Of a stretch of DNA of 64,000 nucleotides, positions 1 through 10,783 are shown piece after piece. Source of the stretch: Amphiscolops sp. MND2022 (taxonomy: Eukaryota); assembly GCA_964187785.1 (NCBI GenBank), contig OZ076409.1, positions 58,220,001 to 58,284,000 on the forward strand, read 5' to 3'. The notes under the pieces are model-generated. The model did no database searches and was not told the origin of the DNA. It worked only from the letters and a program-made list of their open reading frames with translations. Each line of letters starts with the position of its first letter. Within the stretch, counting starts at the first letter, position 1. The translations under genes and the position numbers were made by a program.

Positions 1-2
1 CG

Positions 3-278
3 TCTGAAATTTGTTCCCTCATTGTTCCAAAAATGCCAACAGTATTCAAGGAAAGATTGTCTACGAAAGATGAACAACATAGAGAGTCTGGTCATCATGA
101 CTGTTTACAGAACAAACACAATCACTGTTGGATATGTATGACTCTCAATTCAGCATGTTGGTGTGAGTGGTTGCAATGCACCACTTGTAGGAAAGTTTGC
201 TGTTCCAAAGTGTGTGGAACAATGTTAGTTTCATGTCCACATTGTAGGGAAGGACAGCTTTATGATCCCCTCCAATAA
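3..278 (+). CDS. Cys-rich RING-like zinc-binding protein, possibly 5'-partial and possibly a Polinton accessory gene
   Basis: The frame is open from position 3 (SEICSLIVPK-MPTVF...). It has a dense Cys/His pattern CWIC..CWC..CTTC..CC..C..CPHCR ending in a RING-type CPxCR. Confidence 0.45.
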   Translation, partial: SEICSLIVPKMPTVFKERLSTKDEQHRESGHHDCLQNKHNHCWICMTLNSACWCEWLQCTTCRKVCCSKVCGTMLVSCPHCREGQLYDPLQ

Positions 279-1299
279 TTTTTCAATCATCAAAAACCCA
301 GCCTTTTTAAAGGCTACCCTGATGCGAATTGAGGCTATAAACAAGTTTTATACTCATTTCAAAGTCATGGGAAGCTTTTAAATGAAACTATTATTAATTT
401 ATATTTTTCGATAATTATTTTATTGAATGATCTCTTTCACGGTTTACTAGACAGTTTAGAGAATCAATAAGTCTAACCTGTCATGTTCACTGCGACTCAA
501 ACGTTCATTCACTTTTCATTCCCTTCATGAATATTCTCTTTCGCAGATTACTACTGTAAGTTTACTACTGTATACTGTAGGTTGAATGAAAGTCAGCAGT
601 GTCTCTTCAATTAGTTTTGGTTGACTCAATCCGTCACAAGTGTTCGCTGATATGTTACTTTCAGTAGTCCAGTAAAGGACGCTTCCCAAGGTTTCATGAC
701 TCACTTAATCCAGTACAAGTGCTGGCTGAATTTTGCAACTAGTAGCTAAGTACGGGAAACTCACTCAACAAGAATTAGTTTAGTATTGAAAGTTATTCGT
801 TCCGCCAGGAATTTAGTATAATATAATCGAACCAGTATTTATGTAAGTGAAGATTCATCGATTTAGAAAAACTATTATCAGTAACATCCGGTGGGAACAA
901 GTATTGAGCATAATACTTTTAAGTGAACAAGAACATGTAAGTAAGAATCGAAAACTTAGATTTTTCAAGAATCAGAGATTAATTCTATCACATAGCTTTT
1001 ATCTCGTTCAATTCCATTTTGAAGCTTAAGTAAGTTTTATTGAGTATATGTTAACCTATAGCGCTAAGGGTGTGTTATCGTGACGTCTCGGAATGAGTCT
1101 TAATCGTTACAGCTATAGGCCAGTCATATCACGCCGACCGCGGGGTATACACCCCCATGTATATAAGGGGGTGGGGCCCCCCCGCGCTCCCAACATCAGA
1201 GACATCAACTCAATGTACTCAAATTCGAGAAAACACAACGGGTTTTACTCTTTTTTCGTGAAAACGAGTTTGAAAATTTAGTTTAAAATTTGAAAAAAA

Positions 1300-4200
1300 A
1301 AGTTTATATTTGTTTGAATATGTCAATTTTTATGAAAAATGGATATTTTTATTGGAAAAATCATCAAAAAACACGAAAAAAAGTTGTTCTTTTAATGAAA
1401 AAATTGGTCTAAAATAGAGAAAAATAAGTTTTTATTTGGTGAAAACAGCAAATCTCATTCAAAAAATGGTCGTTTTCTATTGAAAAATTATCGAAAAACA
1501 CGAAAAAAAGGTTGTTTTTTATGGAAATTTGCTCAAAATTCATAGAAAAGTGGTTAAAATTATCAAAAAATTGGTCTAAAATAGAGAAAAATGACCTTTT
1601 ATTTGGTGAAAACATCAAATGTCATTCAAAAAATGGTCGTTTTCCATTGAAAAATTATCGAAAAACTCGAAAAAAAGCTTGTTTTCTATGAAAAAACGGT
1701 CAAAATTCATGAAAAAAAGGTTGAAATCAACAAAAATTGGTCTAAAATGGAGAAAAATGAACTTTTATTTGGTGAAAATATTAATTTTTTTTCGAAAAAC
1801 GGTCGTTTTCTATTGAAAAAGTATCGGAGAACACGAAAAAAAGGTTGTTTTTAATGAAAAATTGCTCAAAATTCATAGAAAAGTGGTTAAAATTATCAAA
1901 AAATGGTCTAAAATAGAGAAAAATCAACTTTTATTTGGTGAAAACATCAAATTTCATTCAAAAATGGTCATTTTCTATTGAAAAGATATCGAAAAACTCG
2001 AAAAAAGGTTGTTTTTTATGAAAAAACGGTCAAAATTCATGAAAAAGGGGTTAAAATTAACAAAAAATTGGTCTAAAATAGAGAAAAATGAGTTTTTATT
2101 TGGTGAAAACATCAAATCTCATTCAAAAAATGGTCGTTTTCTATTGAAAAACTATCGAAAAACACGAAAAAAGGTTGTTTTTTATGGAAAATTGCTCAAA
2201 ATTCATGGAAAAGTGGTTAAAATTATCAAAAAATTGATCTAAAATGGAGAAAAATGAACTTTTATTTGGTGAAAATATTAATTTTTATTCGAAAAACGGT
2301 AGTTTTCTATTGAATAAGTATCGGAGAACAAGAAAAAAAGTTGTTTTTTATGAAAAAACGGTCAAAATACATGAAAAAAGTGGATAAAATTAACAAAAAA
2401 TTGGTTTAAAATGGAGAAAAATGAGTTTTTATTTGGTGAAATCATCAAATCTCATTCAAAAAATGGTCGTTTTCTATTGAAAAATTATCGAAAAACACGA
2501 AAAAAAGGTTGTTTTTAATGAAAAATTGCTCAAAATTCATGGAAAAGTGGTTAAAATTAGCAAAAAATGGTCTAAAATAGAGAAAAATCAACTTTTATTT
2601 GGTGAAAACATCAAATTTCATTCAAAAATGGTCATTTTCTATTGAAAAGATATCAAAAAACTCGAAAAAAAGGTTGTTTTTTATGAAAAAACGGTCAAAA
2701 TTCATGAAAAAGGGGTTAAAATTAACAAAAAATTGGTCTAAAATAGAGAAAAATGAGTTTTTATTTGGTGAAAACATCAAATCTCATTCAAAAAATGGTC
2801 GTTTTCTATTGAAAAATTATCGAAAAACACGAAAAAAAGGTTGTTTTTAATGAAAAATTGCTCAAAATTCATGGAAAAGTGGTTAAAATTAGCAAAAAAT
2901 GGTCTAAAATAGAGAAAAATCAACTTTTATTTGGTGAAAACATCAAATTTCATTCAAAAATGGCCATTTTCTATTGAAAAGATATCGAAAAACTCGAAAA
3001 AAAGGTTGTTTTTTATGAAAAAACGGTCAAAATTCATGAAAAAGGGGTTAAAATTAACAAAAAATTGGTCTAAAATAGAGAAAAATGAGTTTTTATTTGG
3101 TGAAAACATCAAATCTCATTCAAAAAATGGTCGTTTTCTATTGAAAAATTATCGAAAAACACGAAAAAAAGGTTGTTTTTTATGGAAAATTGCTCAAAAT
3201 TCATGGAAAAGTGGTTAAAATTATCAAAAAATTGGTCTAAAATAGAGAAAAATGACCTTTTATTTGGTGAAAACATCAAATGCCATTCAAAAAATGGACG
3301 TTTTCCATTGAAAAATTATCGAAAAAACTCGAAAAAAAGCTTGTTTTCTATAAAAAACTGTCAAAATTCATGAAAAAGAGGTTGAAATCAACAAAAATTG
3401 GTCTAAAATGGAGAAAAATGAACTTTTATTTAGTGAAAATATTAATTTTTATTCGAAAAACGGTCGTTTTCTATTGAAAAATTATTGGAGAACAAGAAAA
3501 AAGGTTGTTTTTTATGGAAAATTGCTCAAAATTCATGGAAAAGTGGTTAAAATTATCAAAAAATTGGTCTAAAATAGAGAAAAATGACCTTTTATTTGGT
3601 GAAAACATCAAATGTCATTCAAAAAATGGACGTTTTCCATTGAAAAATTATCGAAAAAACTCGAAAAAAAGCTTGTTTTCTATAAAAAACGGTCAAAATA
3701 CATGAAAAAGTGGATAAAATTAACAAAAAATTGGTTTAAAATGGAGAAAAATGAGTTTTTATATGGTGAAATCATCAAATCTCAATCAAAAAATGGTCGT
3801 TTTCTATTGAAAAATTATCGAAAAACACGAAAAAAGGTTGTTTTTAATGGAAAACTGCACAAAATTCATGGAAAAGTGGTTAAAAGTAGCAAAAAAATGG
3901 TCTAAAATAGAGAAAAATCAACTTTTATTTGGTGAAAACATCAAATTTCATTCAAAAAATGTTTGTTTTCTGTTGAAAAATTATCGGAGAACACGAAAAA
4001 ACGTTCAAAATTCATGAAAAACAGTCAAGAATCGGGGAAAATGGTTTTATTTGGTGAAAACGGCTGTTTTGTACTGAAAAATTATCGAAAAACATGAAAA
4101 AATGTTGTTTTTAATAGAAAAACGGGCAAAATTCAAGAAAAAGTGGGTGAAGTTAACGAAAAATTGATCTAAAAAGCGAAAAATGAATTTTTATTTGGTG

Positions 4201-4400
4201 AAAACATCTAATTTCATTTTAAAAAACGGTCGTTTTCTATCGACAAATTGTCAAAAAACACGAAAAAAAGTTGTTTTTCATGGCAAAACGGTCAAAATGT
4301 ATACGAAAATGTTCATAATTAATGAAATATTGAACTGAAACTGTGAAAAAAAATTTTATTTAGTGAACAAAGATCAATTTTATGAAACATTGTTGAAAAT
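1300..4400. repeat. Tandem satellite, ~166-bp unit, ~17-18 copies, with 332-bp higher-order repeats
   Basis: The motif GGTCTAAAAT recurs at ~1406, 1573, 1739, 1906, 2070 and onward. Near-identical spurious ORFs are offset by 332 bp (2599/2931, 3173/3505, 3280/3612). Units degenerate toward both edges. Confidence 0.95.
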
Positions 4401-4506
4401 TCATCTTCACTGAACAAAAACAATTCACACCAAGAACTTTATTGGAACATAAATTCAAATCAAACAGCAAAAGATTCATGAAGGAAATACGAACTAATCA
4501 AAATTA

Positions 4507-7500
4507 TTAAATATCCAATGCTTTCGTATGAATTCCGTCGGACAACACTTGTCTTTTCGGATAAAAGTATGAAAGTCCATTCTTCTTCAATTCGTACGTG
4601 GCAACACTGTTTTTAACAACTCGGAAACCTCTGTTTGTGGTAACAACGGACTCTTTCTGTAACACCTTACGATACTTCTGCAAAGGTTCATCATTTACTA
4701 GGGCATGCTTGTTCAATCCTTTGCAACTAAGTTTAGTTGTATTACTGGAACTATCGAAGCAACAATAAGTTTTCGAGCAGAGGGCTACCATTTCAGTACA
4801 TCTGAACTCTTCTTTAAATAGTCCCGGTGTGCGTTGATCGAAAACCCAATGTTTGTTACAACAGTTCCTGGGGAAAAAGTTTGAGTGACCGTTCGCAGCA
4901 AAATCATCCCGACAATCGTCTTGTCTGCTTAAATCCCATATCAACTTCATTTCGGGTTTGATTATATCTTCCAAAGTTTCTCCAGCCAAAGCCATGTAGA
5001 GACTATCAGTATCCATTTCAATAAGTTCGAACTTCTGAGGATCGCAAAATAACTGGAAAAAATTATAATACAATTGTAACATCGTCAATTTAGCATACTG
5101 AAGGATGAAGAAACCAACAATAATAGGTTCTTTATGTTCTACTACAGGCTTGATGAGTTCAACCTCAAAAATGTTTGCGGACAGTACATTGAGACTTTTA
5201 AATTTGCTTTCATTAATGAGTTTGTTCACCTTTTCTTCGTTGGCATATTTTGTGGTAGTGTGTCGCGAACGATCCATTATTTGATATCCATACGATGAGT
5301 TGGCGATAAGTTTCATTGTTTCTGCCACCACCGAAGAATTTTTGTTCTTGTCTCCTTCTCGCCTGGCTTCAACAACAGTGTCAACAAAAGATTTGAAACA
5401 CTTTCGAGGAGTGTATTCTATGAACCACGTAACATTCGATACGACGAGTCCTTTTTCTAGATAAAACTGTAAAAGTGGAGTTATTAGTGGTCCTTTTGAT
5501 AAATGAAAACTTGAAATCAACATCCTCCGAGGTTTTTTCAGGATATGATTTTTCTCAGCAAAATCTCTCATATGTGGACCAATGTCTTGCAATCCAACGT
5601 AAAAATTCTTGAAGATTGGAGGAAACTCATCGAACTTAGCTCGTAAGTCACAGGGAACCTCAATTGAACAGTCGATTACACCAAAGCGTCTCCCAGTTTT
5701 GATATCCTCCAGCATCTCAGATTCGGTTAATGGATTCTGATAAGGATAGCATTGTCGCATGAAGTCTCCAGCACCATCAACATTCTCACGAACTTGCTTC
5801 CACCATTCACACTCCCAAACCTCTTTAATATTATAACCAGCTTCGGTGAGATAAATACGACGAACTTCATCAAACTTTCTTCGTTTTGCTCCATTTTCTA
5901 GGGCAGATAAAGAGAGCCGGTTTTTGTCTTGACAATTGCAAAAGTGCCAGTAACATCCCAGAACTTCGAAAACAGTCCGACAATGAGAACAGTATCCATC
6001 TACAAGGTACTTTCCTATACGTTTCTGGGATTTGTGGTTGAATTGTGTGCGAAGTTTACAGTTTGGATACTTAATTTGTAAGAATTCCAGAACAACACAC
6101 TCCAGAAAGTTTTTCTGGTTTCGCCGAGGATGAAACTTTCCAGTTTCAGTTTTCATTTCCCATTTAGTGTAAACACCAGTCGGCATATCTTTTGTCATAG
6201 AAAAAGGATATAATTGACTGGCATCAATTCCCACAATTGACCGACACACGTTATTACTGTTCCTGATTCGTGTTTCTCCAACTTTAGCATATCTTGTGAA
6301 GATGATGGATGGTCCACCTGTTAACCATGACCGAATATAATCATCGTAGATTTTGTCAGTCTCATTGAAAGGAAAGAACTTAGCAGTAGTCGTTGAATGG
6401 AGAATTCTGTTCGATAAATTAGGTAGCGTCAAACCCAGTTTCAACATATCAATGTTTTGGGAATGGTAGAAGTTCAACATTTTCTGTAACGCTTCGAGTG
6501 TGGGAACAACGTCCTTGTTATTGTACCATTTCAGATAATCTTTGAAGCACTGCATTTTTTCCCGTTCCCAAAGTTTCTGCAACTCTTCATAGTTTTCTTC
6601 TTTTCCTTTGGGAACCGATGACAGTCCAAGTTTCTTGAGAGCATCTTTGGAACATATTCCACGAGAAAGAAGTTCATTGTACTGTTTCTGGTCGACTTCA
6701 AGAACATTCACTTTCTTAAGCTCACTATAGAAAGAACTAATATCTGGTAGCTGATTCACTTCGAGTTTTTCGACAGTATCTAACCATTCATAAGGAAAGA
6801 ATCCTTTCTCCTCGGAAGCGCCGTATGCTTTGAGGAACTTATCTAATGAAGTTGCGCCTCCCAAAAAATTGAGAATATCCATGAATTGTAATCCCAAAAA
6901 GTTCATACCAATGTACTTGTTGCAAACCTTGATGACCGACGGAGTGCACTGGTAATCATTCAGAAGAATATCGAGAAGGGGTTCTTTGATAAGATTGAGG
7001 TCGTAACGTGAACTGTTGAATCCGAATACAGGAAGATTATCACAATATACAATTAAATCGGTCTTGACTTGAAGGAGAAGATTCTTCTCTTTTTTACTGT
7101 TCTTGTCTTCTCCCGGACTGTCGTCAGAACTACACTCGTTAATTAGTAGTTTCTCATCTAAAGCTTCGAAGTTTTTCTGAAATAATTGACGGAGTTGTTG
7201 GGAACTAGATCGTGAAAGAATTACCAATTCCTCGATGAATTTGCTTACCAGGAGACGAGGATCTGAATTGCATATGAATATAGGTTCTGATAACAAGTTG
7301 GAGAAAATTGATACACTAATAGGAACGTGTTTTCCAATATAACGAGTCATCTCAGAGTTAGGGAGTGTAGAATCAGGTACAGTAATAGATTCGAAGTCGA
7401 ATACGACCAAATTTTCGTACAGAAACTCTTGAACTGGAATTTCCAAGTTTGTCAATTTTTCGAAAATAGTCTCCTTCAATTGATAAGGTCCTTTAGGATA

Positions 7501-8739
7501 ACGATGAGAAACTCGATCAGTACAAACAGTGAGATGTCTTTGGTAGTTAGAGACTTTCGGGAAAAATTTATCGCAATGATCACATCGGTACTTCTTCAAA
7601 AATTGATCAATGTTTTTAACCCAGCAAACATGATTATCGTATTGAAGTAAAGAAAAAGACTTCTCATACGACATCAGGGAACGATAAGATAAAGTACCGA
7701 CGAGATTACCCTGCTCATCAAAAGAAATTGAGAACAGAGAAATATTCATTCCAATAATGTTCTCAACAACTTGAATTTCATTTGTCTGTATCCCCTTGAA
7801 ATGAACAATTTCTTTACCAATTCGAGATAAGAAAGTCGAGACTAAAGAATTCGTAGAGGTGACGAGATCTCTTTTTCCAAATACTTCGAACGCAACCGCT
7901 CTGAAGAAACACAGGTTGTCATCATAAGGTTTTTTGTTTCCATCTACCAGAAACGTTCGAATGTTAGGGTTTTTGATTATTGCTTGAGGAAGGTTAACTA
8001 CCGAACAACCAAGGGGAATCTTCTCTAAATGATAAAGAAAAACTGTCAAGTTTGTTAAGAGAGCAAACTTCCATTTGGTATTCGGACGATGCACGACACA
8101 ATCATGGAGAAAATTTTCCTGTTCTATTCGACTCTGTAATGTCAATAAATCACTTTCATTCTCAAGAGTAATAGGTGTTTGAAAAATAGGGTTATTGTCA
8201 GCTGCATAGTAGTATCTGTATTCACCACTTTCAATTCTGTCATGGAGAACAAATCCAAAAGATAGATTCAACTTAACTGCACAGTTCAGATTCAGGAATA
8301 CTTCTCGCAGTTTCTCATTAATCAAGATAGGATTGAACTCTGTTAATCGGAAATTGTAAATCGTTTTCTTCTTCAACTTCAATTTTGAATCAACCAGGAA
8401 ATGTTGCACAGATCGAAGTTCTTCCAATAATTTTGGATCCTCCTCACCAAATTCAGATAAATCAATTTGATCGATTGGTATTTTTCCCACTCTTCCATGT
8501 ACTTGACGTTTATGATAACTCAAACGGTTGAACGTAAGAAACGGTAAATTACAGATAGAGCACACGAAACTAGACGTTGAGTGTTTAGCAAGAAAGTGTC
8601 GAGAAAGTTTCTCCTCTTTGGCAAACGATGAGGAGCATTTGCTACATTGAAACTGATGAATCTTTTTATGACGTGCAAAGTTATTGCTTCCAACAAACTT
8701 GGAACAAATGGGACATTGTTTTAGTTCTCTATGAGACAT
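4507..8739 (-). CDS. Protein-primed family B DNA polymerase (1410 aa) with N-terminal C2H2 fingers, OTU-like domain and inserted VSR-like nuclease
   Basis: Exonuclease motifs VFDFES, FNSSRYD, YNNKDV. Polymerase motifs DASQLYP, KLIANSSYG, MDTDS. Three C2H2 fingers in aa ~8-81. DDNLCFFRAV...NHV. VDGYC..EVLGCYWH..WECEW. Confidence 0.97.
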   Translation of the reverse strand: MSHRELKQCPICSKFVGSNNFARHKKIHQFQCSKCSSSFAKEEKLSRHFLAKHSTSSFVCSICNLPFLTFNRLSYHKRQVHGRVGKIPIDQIDLSEFGEEDPKLLEELRSVQHFLVDSKLKLKKKTIYNFRLTEFNPILINEKLREVFLNLNCAVKLNLSFGFVLHDRIESGEYRYYYAADNNPIFQTPITLENESDLLTLQSRIEQENFLHDCVVHRPNTKWKFALLTNLTVFLYHLEKIPLGCSVVNLPQAIIKNPNIRTFLVDGNKKPYDDNLCFFRAVAFEVFGKRDLVTSTNSLVSTFLSRIGKEIVHFKGIQTNEIQVVENIIGMNISLFSISFDEQGNLVGTLSYRSLMSYEKSFSLLQYDNHVCWVKNIDQFLKKYRCDHCDKFFPKVSNYQRHLTVCTDRVSHRYPKGPYQLKETIFEKLTNLEIPVQEFLYENLVVFDFESITVPDSTLPNSEMTRYIGKHVPISVSIFSNLLSEPIFICNSDPRLLVSKFIEELVILSRSSSQQLRQLFQKNFEALDEKLLINECSSDDSPGEDKNSKKEKNLLLQVKTDLIVYCDNLPVFGFNSSRYDLNLIKEPLLDILLNDYQCTPSVIKVCNKYIGMNFLGLQFMDILNFLGGATSLDKFLKAYGASEEKGFFPYEWLDTVEKLEVNQLPDISSFYSELKKVNVLEVDQKQYNELLSRGICSKDALKKLGLSSVPKGKEENYEELQKLWEREKMQCFKDYLKWYNNKDVVPTLEALQKMLNFYHSQNIDMLKLGLTLPNLSNRILHSTTTAKFFPFNETDKIYDDYIRSWLTGGPSIIFTRYAKVGETRIRNSNNVCRSIVGIDASQLYPFSMTKDMPTGVYTKWEMKTETGKFHPRRNQKNFLECVVLEFLQIKYPNCKLRTQFNHKSQKRIGKYLVDGYCSHCRTVFEVLGCYWHFCNCQDKNRLSLSALENGAKRRKFDEVRRIYLTEAGYNIKEVWECEWWKQVRENVDGAGDFMRQCYPYQNPLTESEMLEDIKTGRRFGVIDCSIEVPCDLRAKFDEFPPIFKNFYVGLQDIGPHMRDFAEKNHILKKPRRMLISSFHLSKGPLITPLLQFYLEKGLVVSNVTWFIEYTPRKCFKSFVDTVVEARREGDKNKNSSVVAETMKLIANSSYGYQIMDRSRHTTTKYANEEKVNKLINESKFKSLNVLSANIFEVELIKPVVEHKEPIIVGFFILQYAKLTMLQLYYNFFQLFCDPQKFELIEMDTDSLYMALAGETLEDIIKPEMKLIWDLSRQDDCRDDFAANGHSNFFPRNCCNKHWVFDQRTPGLFKEEFRCTEMVALCSKTYCCFDSSSNTTKLSCKGLNKHALVNDEPLQKYRKVLQKESVVTTNRGFRVVKNSVATYELKKNGLSYFYPKRQVLSDGIHTKALDI

Positions 8740-8748
8740 TTTGAGAAA

Positions 8749-9306
8749 CTATAAAGATTTGGATATCCGATCAATAGTTTCAAGTAATTCTTCTCGTTTG
8801 CTAGATAACAATATCAAACTTATTTTGGAGAGAAGAATTGCAGTAGTGCAAGCTTCGGGAGCTCTGGGAGAAATCAATGTTGATTTTCTAGACTTAGTTT
8901 TGAATTTCTTCCGAAGAAGTCTTTTTTTGGACACACTGAAACTTGTTAGGACTGGAGACGGGAGAGATTTATGGAAGTCGATTGCTGACAAAAGTTTTTG
9001 GAAAATGAATCCTTTCAATTCTAGTATCTTCATGAAATAAAACTTGAAGACCGTGAAAAGACAGTCTACACTCTGATAAGAGAAATTGCACTGGAGTGAT
9101 AAATCTGAAGAACTGAGATGTGTGCTGTAAACTAGAATATGGTACTGACAATTGGGAGAATTACAGAAATTTGAATTGTGAATTGATACTGAGTATTGTT
9201 CGAATTCGGTGAGGTCAATAGGATAATCAGAGACTAAGAGAAGAAACGAATTTTTACTATATTTTTCGAAGAAAGCAGGAAACAGATCCAGACTACCGCA
9301 AGCCAT
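8749..9306 (-). CDS. Polinton hypothetical protein (185 aa)
   Basis: ATG-initiated ORF ending 10 bp before the pPolB start on the same strand. Contains a CNSPNCQYH motif and a basic C-terminal patch (KKRLLRKKFKTKSRK). Confidence 0.7.
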   Translation of the reverse strand: MACGSLDLFPAFFEKYSKNSFLLLVSDYPIDLTEFEQYSVSIHNSNFCNSPNCQYHILVYSTHLSSSDLSLQCNFSYQSVDCLFTVFKFYFMKILELKGFIFQKLLSAIDFHKSLPSPVLTSFSVSKKRLLRKKFKTKSRKSTLISPRAPEACTTAILLSKISLILLSSKREELLETIDRISKSL

Positions 9307-9354
9307 TCTATTCTCAATTTATTCCATGTCAAAGTATTTCCTCAATTTTTATAA

Positions 9355-10012
9355 GTTTGAATTTGGGTACCTTTCATGAATTCGTTGCTTTGCATGAACT
9401 AGATGGTGTACAATCACAACAACGAACTGTGATTGGTGGAGGTAATTTATTCCTAATTTATTCAAACTTTCAAATTTGGTACCTTCCATGAATTTGTTGC
9501 TTTGCATGAACTAGATGGCGTACAATCACAACAACGAACTGTGATTGGTGGAGGTAATTTATTCCTAATTTATTCAAACTTTCAAATTTGGCACCTTCCA
9601 TGAAATTGTTGGTTTGCATGAACTAGATGGCGTAAAATCACAACAACGAACTGTGATTGGTGGAGGTAATTTATTCCTAATTTATTCAAACTTTCAAATA
9701 TGGCGCCTTCCATGATATTGTTGCTTCGCATGAACTAGATGGCGTACAATCACAACAACGAACTGTGATTGGTGGAGGTAATTTATTCCTAATTTATTCA
9801 ATCTTTCAAATATGGCGCCTTCCGTGGAATTGTTACTTCGCATGAACTAGATGGCGTACAATCACAACAACGAACTGTGATTGGTGGAGGTAATTTATTC
9901 CTAATTCATTCAAACTTTCAAATTTGGAACCTTTCATGAGTTTGTTGGTTTGCAAGAACTAGATGGCGCACAATCACAACAACGAACTGTGATTGGTGGA
10001 GGTAATTTATTC
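9355..10012. repeat. Six 112-bp tandem repeats with internal palindrome; likely enhancer/bidirectional promoter
   Basis: AACTAGATGG occurs at 9397, 9509, 9621, 9733, 9845 and 9957. Units contain CAATCACA-n9-TGTGATTG. The array lies between divergent ORFs starting at 9306(-) and 10142(+). Confidence 0.92.
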
Positions 10013-10141
10013 ATAATCTCCAACTGCTCCGAAATTCAATCTCAAACTTCTTCACAAATCTTCACAAATCATCTAAATTTTGGTCTGTAAATCAGCTTCG
10101 AAATTCAATTGCGAATATTTAACTCCCGAGTTTTCACCATT

Positions 10142-10783
10142 ATGCCTGTTTATCGAATGCTCAACACAGAATTTGAAACTCGGGATCTATTTATCTACTT
10201 CCACATTGACACGCAGGAAGTGCGAATCCTAACAATTAAACCTGACGATAACTCAGAAGAGATTGTCGAAAGCTGTGTGTTGCCGGAAGCTCTTTTTCGG
10301 ATGCAACATCGTTGGCTGGGGAACCTAAACACTAGCAACGAAATCCCCAACGGAGTCAGAGCCGAAGTAGCAGGGGAGTTCAAAACGTCGGGGGATGCTG
10401 CGGAACATTCGTTAAATGTTACAAAGGTACGAGACGAGAGGACTCTACCACTGAAAATTAGGGAAGACTTCGCAGTGTTCCATTTGAACAGAAAGAAAGT
10501 CAGGGAGAATGTCGAGCACGAACTGGAAGAAAGAGAGTGGATTCGTTCCTTCTGGGGAGTGGAGGAAGCAGAAGAGAGAAGCGAGAGCCCGATTCTCTTT
10601 TCTGACAATTCCTCTACTATTTTCAACACCCCACCATCACAACAACGAGCCATTTACGGACCTCCACTCCCTGGACAAGACTGGCCAGCTACGCCACAAA
10701 ACAGAGTGGAAATCCCGATGCCGCAAGCTCCCAGATCAAGCCGGAGACGTCGGTATTCCGAAATTAGCGAGGATAGCTTTTGA
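10142..10783 (+). CDS. Polinton hypothetical protein (213 aa), disordered Pro/Ser-rich C-terminus with NLS-like RSSRRRR
   Basis: The only long plus-strand ORF between pPolB and the right end. First ATG at 10142. Followed by a T-rich 3' region. Confidence 0.75.
   Translation: MPVYRMLNTEFETRDLFIYFHIDTQEVRILTIKPDDNSEEIVESCVLPEALFRMQHRWLGNLNTSNEIPNGVRAEVAGEFKTSGDAAEHSLNVTKVRDERTLPLKIREDFAVFHLNRKKVRENVEHELEEREWIRSFWGVEEAEERSESPILFSDNSSTIFNTPPSQQRAIYGPPLPGQDWPATPQNRVEIPMPQAPRSSRRRRYSEISEDSF

Noticed and set aside
530..1200. Left Polinton TIR
   Set aside because: Scattered CTACT/AGTAG words are present, but there is no match to the reverse complement of 18205-18390.
1409..3905. Lys/Phe-rich ORFs
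   Set aside because: They are translations of the A-rich satellite.
9355..10012. CRISPR-like alternation of conserved palindrome and variable segment
   Set aside because: The variable segments are homologous to each other rather than unique spacers. There are no cas genes and the context is eukaryotic.
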